Shown here one piece after another: positions 24,493 through 30,925 of a DNA stretch of 32,000 nucleotides. A program made the translations under genes and the position numbers. How positions within the stretch are numbered: the first letter of the stretch is position 1; every line of letters starts with the position of its first letter. The notes under the pieces are model-generated. The model did no database searches. It saw only the letters and a program-made list of their open reading frames with translations, and was not told the origin of the DNA. Source of the stretch: Candidatus Saccharimonadota bacterium (lineage in GTDB: Bacteria > Patescibacteriota > Saccharimonadia > Saccharimonadales > Saccharimonadaceae); assembly GCA_025349965.1 (NCBI GenBank), contig CP075337.1:330001-362000 (forward strand). The letters run 5' to 3'.

Positions 24493-26178
24493 GTGCACCA
24501 TCATTTAAGTTTGCGCAAAAAATTGATTATCATGATTTCGGTCATGGCCAGTCTTTTTTTGGTGGCGCTTGATCAGACAATTATCGCCACTGCGCTTGGC
24601 AAGATTGTTGAAGAATTTAATGCCTTCAGCTCACTCAGCTGGATTGTGACGGCATATCTTATTACAACAACCCTCACCGTACCAATTGCCGGTAAGCTTT
24701 CCGACCTCTTTGGGCGTCGCAATATCCTTCTTATTGGTGTGGCAATCTTTGTGCTTGCTTCACTTTTGAGCGGTATGAGCAGTGATGTCACGCAGTTGAT
24801 TATTTGGCGTGCCGTACAGGGTATTGGTGGCGGTATTATTACTGCTAACGCCTTTACTATCGTGGGCGACCTGTTCGCTGCTCGCGAACGCGGTAAGTGG
24901 CAAGGGCTTATTGGGGCGGTCTTTGGGCTGAGCTCTGTTGTTGGTCCACTGCTTGGTGGCTGGCTCACCGATGGTCAATCATTCTTTGGTCTTACGACAG
25001 ATTGGCGCTGGACGTTCTTTATCAACGTGCCAATTGGTATTGTTGCCTTTATCTTGATTGCTATTAATTCGCCGGCTTTGCGCCATGCGGTGAAGGCAAA
25101 GATTGATTATCTTGGTGCGGCCTTCCTTTCTGTTTCACTTGCTACACTTATTCTTGCGGTAGATAATACAGAAACTATCTTTGCCGACCTTCTTTCTACA
25201 ACTGGGCTCACGCTTGCCGGTCTCCGCTTAATTATGTTTGGCATTGTGGCTGTAGCTATGACTGGGTTTATCTACGCGGAACATAAGGCACAGGAACCAA
25301 TACTTCCGCTCCGCTTCTTTAAGAATCGTAACTATGTCTTGGTACTCACTATTGCGCTTCTTTTTGGTGCGGCATTCATGGGTTCAATCCTTTACCTCAC
25401 ACAGTTCAACCAGCAGGTATTTGGCGCAACACCAACTGAATCAGGCCTCATGCTTCTTCCAATGGTGGCGGGTATTATGGCCTCAAGCGTTACGTCTGGG
25501 CAGATTATTTCCCGTACCGGAAAGTATAAGATTTTCATGCAGATTGGATTTGTTGTTGCAACAGGCGCAATGATTGCACTGACGTTCCTTACCCCAGAAA
25601 GTTCATATCTTTACGAAGCAATCGTGATGGTAATCCTCGGTCTCGGTATGGGAGTGGCAATGCCAATCCTTAACCTTGCGGTTCAGAACGAATTTGAGCA
25701 AAAAGATCTTGGTGCAGCAACCAGCTCAAGCCAACTGTTCCGAAGCCTAGGTTCAACTATTGGCACCGCTGTATTTGGCGCAATGCTGACTGCAGGTATT
25801 GCAACGCAGGTGCCGAAGATGCAAGATACTGCCTATATTCAAAACCTCAAGCAGTCATCACAAGTGAAGGACATGGATCTTAACAGTGCAGATACGCTCT
25901 TGCGACTCAATATGCCAGACGTAAAAGGGCAAATTAGCGACGCGGCAAACGCGCAGTTTGGAAAACTTCCTATACCCGTGCAACAAAAGGCCAAAGCTGA
26001 GTTTACTACAAACCAAGAAAAGTTCGGCAGTATTGTGACCCATGCCTTCTCTGATAGTCTCCATAAGATTTTCATTGTAGCTTCAAGTATGATTGGACTG
26101 GCGGCGGTGATTGCGTTTACTGTGAAAGAAAAGACGCTTCGGGCTGCGAAGAAGGAAGAGACGCCGGGGGAGGAATAG
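24493..26178 (+). CDS. MFS transporter, DHA2 (EmrB/QacA) 14-TMS drug:H+ antiporter family
   Basis: The N-terminal signature is LDQTIIATALGKIVEEFN...WIVTAYLITTTLTVPIAGKLSDLFGRRN. Many hydrophobic segments follow, with a long hydrophilic loop before the last TM. The SD AAAAGGA lies 7 nt before GTG 24493. Confidence 0.88.
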   Translation: MHHHLSLRKKLIIMISVMASLFLVALDQTIIATALGKIVEEFNAFSSLSWIVTAYLITTTLTVPIAGKLSDLFGRRNILLIGVAIFVLASLLSGMSSDVTQLIIWRAVQGIGGGIITANAFTIVGDLFAARERGKWQGLIGAVFGLSSVVGPLLGGWLTDGQSFFGLTTDWRWTFFINVPIGIVAFILIAINSPALRHAVKAKIDYLGAAFLSVSLATLILAVDNTETIFADLLSTTGLTLAGLRLIMFGIVAVAMTGFIYAEHKAQEPILPLRFFKNRNYVLVLTIALLFGAAFMGSILYLTQFNQQVFGATPTESGLMLLPMVAGIMASSVTSGQIISRTGKYKIFMQIGFVVATGAMIALTFLTPESSYLYEAIVMVILGLGMGVAMPILNLAVQNEFEQKDLGAATSSSQLFRSLGSTIGTAVFGAMLTAGIATQVPKMQDTAYIQNLKQSSQVKDMDLNSADTLLRLNMPDVKGQISDAANAQFGKLPIPVQQKAKAEFTTNQEKFGSIVTHAFSDSLHKIFIVASSMIGLAAVIAFTVKEKTLRAAKKEETPGEE

Positions 26179-26190
26179 GAGCCTATCTCT

Positions 26191-26219
26191 TTACAAAAAG
26201 GCTTCAAAGTGCTATCATT
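26191..26219 (+). promoter_or_regulatory. rpsL promoter: -35 TTTACA, 17-nt spacer, extended -10 TGcTATCAT
   Basis: tttaca at 26191-26196 and tgctatcat at 26211-26219. Confidence 0.6.
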
Positions 26220-26225
26220 ACAGAT

Positions 26226-26386
26226 GAGTTTCCGTTTACTGTAAAGATACGCGTGTACAAGATATCTCTACTGAGTAAACACGGTAATGTGAGGCATGCT
26301 GAGCTTCCATTACACCCCGGCAGATTTTACTGAATGTCGGTCTCCCAAGAGGTGGGAATATATAAGTTTTTAAGAGGAAATTAATT
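26226..26386 (+). promoter_or_regulatory. rpsL 5' leader of about 160 nt with hairpins
   Basis: gtttact (26235-26241) / agtaaac (26275-26281), and gtaatg (26285-26290) / cattac (26309-26314). The SD AAGAGGAA precedes GTG 26387. Confidence 0.3.
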
Positions 26387-26800
26387 GTGCCAACAATCAA
26401 TCAACTCGTGCGCAAGCCGCGACATACTGCCAAGAAAGCAAGTAAGTCTCCAGCGCTTGGCCGCATCCAGAACGCACTTAAGGTGCGCTACTACAACCAA
26501 GATGCTCCACTTAAGCGTGGTGTATGTATCAAGGTAACAACCAAGACACCAAAGAAGCCAAACTCAGCGCTTCGTAAGGTTGCTCGTGTTCGTCTTACAA
26601 ACGGTCACGAAGTATGGGCTTACATTGGTGGTGAAGGTCACAACCTCCAGGAACACGCCGTAGTGCTCGTTCGTGGTGGACGTGTGCCGGACCTTCCAGG
26701 TGTTCGTTACCACATCGTTCGTGGTGCGCTTGACCTTCAAGGTGTACAGAATCGTCAACAAGGCCGCTCTAAGTACGGTGCTAAGAAGGAAGGTAAGTAG
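26387..26800 (+). CDS. rpsL: 30S ribosomal protein S12
   Basis: [31 protein letters not shown] and [36 protein letters not shown] are present, with a Gram-positive-type N-terminal insertion. GTG start. Confidence 0.97.
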   Translation: MPTINQLVRKPRHTAKKASKSPALGRIQNALKVRYYNQDAPLKRGVCIKVTTKTPKKPNSALRKVARVRLTNGHEVWAYIGGEGHNLQEHAVVLVRGGRVPDLPGVRYHIVRGALDLQGVQNRQQGRSKYGAKKEGK

Positions 26801-26802
26801 TC

Positions 26803-27282
26803 ATGCCGCGTAAGAAAACTGTCAGCCTACAACGCCGTCTTAACCCAGACCGCAAGTACCAGAGCGTTCTCGTGCAGCGTCTTATCAATAAGTCTATGAT
26901 TGATGGTAAGAAGCTCGTTGCTGAACGTGCAGTCTACGCTGCGCTTGAATCAGCTGCTAAGAAGCTTGATAGCGAAAACCCACTTGAAGTGTTTGAAAAG
27001 GCACTCAAGAACGTTTCACCAAACTTCGAAGTGAAGTCACGCCGTGTTGGTGGTGCAAACTACCAGATTCCGTTCCCAGTAGCGGGTCACCGTCAGCTTC
27101 ACTACGCGTTTAGCTGGATGGTACAGGCATCACGTGCTAAGTCAGGTATGCCATACAGCCAGCGTCTCGCGCTTGAAATCGTTGACGCTTACAACGAAAC
27201 TGGTGCAGCCTTCAAGAAGAAGGAAGACACGCACAAGATGGCAGAAGCAAACCGCGCGTTTGCACACTTTGCCCGCGGTTAA
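26803..27282 (+). CDS. rpsG: 30S ribosomal protein S7
   Basis: MPRKK...LNPDRKYQSVLVQRLINKSMIDGKKLVAERAVY and RRVGGANYQIPFPV are present. The start lies 2 nt after the rpsL stop. Confidence 0.97.
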   Translation: MPRKKTVSLQRRLNPDRKYQSVLVQRLINKSMIDGKKLVAERAVYAALESAAKKLDSENPLEVFEKALKNVSPNFEVKSRRVGGANYQIPFPVAGHRQLHYAFSWMVQASRAKSGMPYSQRLALEIVDAYNETGAAFKKKEDTHKMAEANRAFAHFARG

Positions 27283-27300
27283 TCAGAATTCCGCACATCA

Positions 27301-27338
27301 AAACACCCGCTTCCGTGAGGCGGGTGTTTTTGTATTGC
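27301..27338 (+). terminator. Strong Rho-independent terminator immediately after rpsG
   Basis: Perfect 10-bp stem aaacacccgc (27301-27310) / gcgggtgttt (27320-27329) with a 9-nt loop, then ttttgtatt. Confidence 0.85.
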
Positions 27339-27372
27339 CCAAGACGTGATTATTGGGTATAACTAATCATAG

Positions 27373-28053
27373 ATGAGGGGCGAAAGTTTACGTCAAATAA
27401 AAATAGATAGAATTAGGCGACGGGAAACGCTTGAGGGCTTAGTGGGACATGCAGAGCGCCTAGAGATTATTAATGGTCGCCCGTTGGTAGTCGATAAGTT
27501 GCCTGCGCCTATTGATGAACACGGAATCCCCCGGGTTGAAATAATGATGCCGCAGCTCCTTGGACAAATGGCTACTCGCTATGTTTGGACGGGGAGGTTT
27601 GATCTTCATCACATGGCAACACCAAAAGCTGATTATAATATCGTTCCGGATAATGTTGGCAAGGCTTTTCGTAGTTTATCGGCACTAAAGCTTGAAATAC
27701 CACGCCAAATGCATAATTTTGCACACGAGTTATTTCTTAATCCGAGGCGACCGCCAGCCGATGCGGTTATGCGTCAAGCGATTCTCGAGAACGAGCAAAT
27801 GCGAACATTAAATGCAATTATGAGCGATGAGCCTGATTCAGATAAAGCTCAAATGTTGGTGTGGGATGCGTTAATGGACATGGTTGATCCACGCGTTGAC
27901 ATCATGCCAAGTAGGGAAGAGCTCGCAGATATGGAGTTTTATGACTTGCGCCGTACGGTTGCGTCACTTATAAGTGTGCGCCGGTATGCGGACAAGACAC
28001 TAATTCATCCTGCAATACGACCACGCGAAGCACGGCGGCATAGCATTGTGTAG
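27373..28053 (+). CDS. Hypothetical protein (226 aa)
   Basis: ORF with a TATAAC -10-like box (27358-27363) 9 nt before the ATG. No family recognised. It contains His clusters (FDLHHMATP, RQMHNFAHELF). Confidence 0.55.
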   Translation: MRGESLRQIKIDRIRRRETLEGLVGHAERLEIINGRPLVVDKLPAPIDEHGIPRVEIMMPQLLGQMATRYVWTGRFDLHHMATPKADYNIVPDNVGKAFRSLSALKLEIPRQMHNFAHELFLNPRRPPADAVMRQAILENEQMRTLNAIMSDEPDSDKAQMLVWDALMDMVDPRVDIMPSREELADMEFYDLRRTVASLISVRRYADKTLIHPAIRPREARRHSIV

Positions 28054-28058
28054 GTACG

Positions 28059-28080
28059 AGCCCATAAGGGGCTATTTTTT
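28059..28080 (+). terminator. Rho-independent terminator
   Basis: agccc (28059-28063) / gggct (28069-28073), then atttttt. Confidence 0.6.
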
Positions 28081-28091
28081 AATTGTGGTTA

Positions 28092-28100
28092 TGGTATAGT
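28092..28100 (+). promoter_or_regulatory. Extended -10 promoter TGgTATAGT, 9 nt upstream of the pilin ATG
   Basis: tggtatagt at 28092-28100. The ATG is at 28110 and there is no SD in the spacer. Confidence 0.55.
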
Positions 28101-28109
28101 GGCGGTAAT

Positions 28110-29186
28110 ATGAAGATTTTTTCTCGTAACGGTTTTACAATTATCGAACTGGTGGTGGTTATCGCTGTCATAGGCATACTGACAGCAGTGGTAATAGTTG
28201 GCTATGGAGCGTACCGGAGAGGTCTGGCAGATAATACGATGAAGTCTGATTTAAGAGGGACGTCGGCGGCGCTTAATGATCATCGAAACTTTAACAATGA
28301 ATATCCAGATAACCTTGATGAGACCAATAAAGTGCAGAGTGAAGAAAACTCAGTTACGTATACAAGGCGGGGTGTCGGTTTCTGTCTTGAAGTAACGTCG
28401 ACTAAGAGCAGTAAGCGGTTCTATAAGACCGAAGATAGTGAAGGTGAGGGGTTATGTCCGCCACCCGCCCCTATTGCTATGCAGATGCTTACTACAGGTG
28501 GCTGCTCAACCACACGCATGCTTGCGTTTGACGTACGAGACGGGCTGTCATATTGGGTGCAAAAGCTTGCCGACGGAAAGTGTTGGATGCTAACAAGCCT
28601 TGCGTACTCAGGAAGGGGAACTGATACATATGGTGATGCGCAGAGACTTGAAGATCTTACGAGCGACACAACGTTCTCTCCCTCTACACCTGCGTTCTAT
28701 GCGAATAGTTCGAACCGACCCTTTACACCAACCGCACCTTCAATCTCAACGGACGGCGGAGCTACAGGGGAGCAATACGGGTATCTTTATAACTGGTGTG
28801 CAGCCATGGGGGGACAAGCAAGGGTCTGTCAAGAAGACAGTAGTGCATTGGACTCATCCATATCGATTTGTCCAGCTGGCTGGAGGCTTCCGTCGAGAGT
28901 CGAGTATCAAGCCTTGATAGCAGCGATAGGCGCAACAAATTCTACTGCTGGTTCGCAGGTGTTGCGTACTACCTGGCTCGCGCAGTATTCTGGCCACTGG
29001 GGGATGTATGGCTGGATAGGTGCCTTTGACGAACAAGGTACGGCTGGATACTTCTGGTCGGGAACTGAAGCATACGCCGGTTCCGTAACACATGCCGACG
29101 GATTAGCGTTTACCTACAGTAGCGTAGGTATTGCCTCGGCGGTGATGAGCGATGCCGCTCTTGCTGTACGCTGTATGACTAAGTAG
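28110..29186 (+). CDS. Type IV pilin-like protein (prepilin N-terminal cleavage/methylation domain) fused to a Fibrobacter-succinogenes-major-paralogous (FISUMP, TIGR02145-like) domain
   Basis: The class III signal is MKIFSRNG/FTIIELVVVIAVIGILTAVV, with Phe at +1 and Glu at +5. The C-terminal half carries FISUMP hallmarks: CWMLTSLAY, YGYLYNWCAAMGG, CPAGWRLPSRVEYQALI, GYFWSGTE and LAVRCM. Confidence 0.85.
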   Translation: MKIFSRNGFTIIELVVVIAVIGILTAVVIVGYGAYRRGLADNTMKSDLRGTSAALNDHRNFNNEYPDNLDETNKVQSEENSVTYTRRGVGFCLEVTSTKSSKRFYKTEDSEGEGLCPPPAPIAMQMLTTGGCSTTRMLAFDVRDGLSYWVQKLADGKCWMLTSLAYSGRGTDTYGDAQRLEDLTSDTTFSPSTPAFYANSSNRPFTPTAPSISTDGGATGEQYGYLYNWCAAMGGQARVCQEDSSALDSSISICPAGWRLPSRVEYQALIAAIGATNSTAGSQVLRTTWLAQYSGHWGMYGWIGAFDEQGTAGYFWSGTEAYAGSVTHADGLAFTYSSVGIASAVMSDAALAVRCMTK

Positions 29187-29202
29187 TATATACTGGGTGT
29201 AT

Positions 29203-29697
29203 ATGGCTACATTCTCATTTGATACAATCTCAGACTACGACAAGGCGGAAATGAACAACGTGTTCATGCAGGTGGAGAAAGAAATTGGCGGACGCTATGA
29301 TTTTAAGGGGTCTCCGGCAGCTATTGAATGGCTGAACGACAAGAAGGGATTTAAGCTTGTTGGCGGAAGTGCATGGCAGGTGGAGGCAATTCTCGACATT
29401 GTTCGTAAGAAGCTTGCGGCTCGTAATCAGTCAAGCAAGGTGCTTGACCTTTCAAAAGAGGTGATTGAGCAAAATCTCAAAGCGACGCAAGATATTCCGT
29501 TTATTGCCGGACTTGACCAAGATAAGGCAAAGAAAATTACAAAGCTCCTTCGTGATGAGCTTCCGAAGGTGAAGGCGCAAATTCAAGGCGACGCCGTACG
29601 TGTCACGAGCGGAAGTAAAGATGATCTCCAGAAGGCAATGCAGCTGATGAATGAGGCCGATTTTGACTTCCCGTTGCAATATACGAACTATCGCTAA
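29203..29697 (+). CDS. yajQ: YajQ-family nucleotide-binding protein (UPF0234)
   Basis: Collinear with E. coli YajQ: SFD..SD.D..E..N......E...RYDFKG at the N-terminus and KVKAQIQGDAVRVTSGSKDDLQKAMQLM...DFPLQYTNYR at the C-terminus. ATG 29203 is preferred over GTG 29197. Confidence 0.88.
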   Translation: MATFSFDTISDYDKAEMNNVFMQVEKEIGGRYDFKGSPAAIEWLNDKKGFKLVGGSAWQVEAILDIVRKKLAARNQSSKVLDLSKEVIEQNLKATQDIPFIAGLDQDKAKKITKLLRDELPKVKAQIQGDAVRVTSGSKDDLQKAMQLMNEADFDFPLQYTNYR

Positions 29698-29757
29698 GTG
29701 ATGTTTCTATAGGCTGCGCTTGTCTTTGTAAAAATTGGGCGTATACTTGACCCTACT

Positions 29758-30816
29758 ATGATAGAGCGTGATATTATTCCCCAAGATGATAATCAAGACG
29801 TTAATTTTTTTGACCAGCTTGAACTACTCGATAAGTCGGTGACAGACCCGTACGTTGATAAAGTCGTAAATGATGCCAGGTTATACAATCAGCTCTTCGC
29901 GGAGCATACACCTTCGGACCAAGAAAAGCAGGACGCTATACAGGATTTAGACGGGCGGTGGTACGAATTAATAGGGAATGTGGTGTCGCTTACTGGTCGT
30001 GTTACGATTCCGACCGCCTCGGGTGAGCTCAAGGAGGTGTTGGTGGATCGTTTGCCTGTTGAGACACAGGGCTTTGGTGGTCGAACGCGTCCGCAGATTA
30101 TTGGCGGTGAACAGATCGGCGAGGTATTTCGAATTGGTCATTATGTCAAGACAAGCGCCGCAACTATCGTGGAAGCGGGTTACATGCTTCCGGAGGACTT
30201 CGGTGTTGCAGTAGACGAAGATGAGGGCCAGGCGGACGAGGAGCATATCCGGCAAGCGCTTGCTGATATTGAAGTACGACTTGAGGGTGACGTAGACGAT
30301 TCCTTGCTTGAATATGAGGGAACCTCACTAGAGCGGGCACGCTCGTGGATAGAAGCATCGTGCCCAGGCCTTATAGATGAGATTGATACCTACCTTTTAA
30401 ACGACATTGAAGGTGATAATGAGCCGATTTATGCGCTGAGTAGACTCGATCTTGGTGAGTATGCGGCCGTTAGCGATGAGTTTACGCAGGAGTGTATCGA
30501 GATGCATATTAACTATATGCTTAACTTTGATATGAGGGCTCCGTATGAAGTGATACTTAATGGCTATATGGTCTCTGCAGTCGAGGAAGACACAACACTC
30601 TACAAAGTCGAAGACCTGCACGTCCTTACATATATGACACAGGTGTACATTGTGCCTCATCCGTCGGCTGATGACGGTGAAGGACTATGGCAAATAAGTG
30701 TAGCGGCTAACTTTGTTCACCAAGACCAGAGTTTAGACGGCGCGGAATTTGTTATTCCACTAGATTCAATTAGTGAAGTCAAGTCACAGCGCCGCATGTA
30801 TTACGCTGGCCTCTAG
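29758..30816 (+). CDS. Hypothetical, strongly acidic protein (352 aa)
   Basis: Long ORF with a TATACT box (29742-29747) 10 nt before the ATG. It has D/E-rich runs (VDEDEGQADEEH, DIEGDNEP). No family recognised. Confidence 0.55.
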   Translation: MIERDIIPQDDNQDVNFFDQLELLDKSVTDPYVDKVVNDARLYNQLFAEHTPSDQEKQDAIQDLDGRWYELIGNVVSLTGRVTIPTASGELKEVLVDRLPVETQGFGGRTRPQIIGGEQIGEVFRIGHYVKTSAATIVEAGYMLPEDFGVAVDEDEGQADEEHIRQALADIEVRLEGDVDDSLLEYEGTSLERARSWIEASCPGLIDEIDTYLLNDIEGDNEPIYALSRLDLGEYAAVSDEFTQECIEMHINYMLNFDMRAPYEVILNGYMVSAVEEDTTLYKVEDLHVLTYMTQVYIVPHPSADDGEGLWQISVAANFVHQDQSLDGAEFVIPLDSISEVKSQRRMYYAGL

Positions 30817-30833
30817 AAACAAGCCTCCTCTTG

Positions 30834-30842
30834 TGGTATAAT
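30834..30842 (+). promoter_or_regulatory. Extended -10 promoter TGgTATAAT dedicated to fusA
   Basis: tggtataat at 30834-30842, followed by a leader of about 75 nt with the SD AAGGAAGAG at 30906-30914. Confidence 0.6.
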
Positions 30843-30925
30843 AAAACCAAAGTGCTGTTCATTTTGTCAAAAAATAGCAGTCCACAAACGTAATCTAATA
30901 ATTTCAAAGGAAGAGCTACACCGTT

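Noticed and set aside
24239-26178. The AbrB/MazE-fold gene as the antitoxin of a toxin-antitoxin pair.
   Set aside because: The downstream partner is a 14-TMS MFS transporter, not a MazF, PIN or Doc toxin. A transcriptional-regulator role fits better.
28059-28073. Near-identical terminator hairpin core AGCCCATWAGGGGCT shared with 9299-9313 (14 of 15 nt, plus a T-run).
   Set aside because: It is too short and too constrained by hairpin geometry to claim a repeat family or mobile element from two copies. Only a genome-wide count could elevate it.
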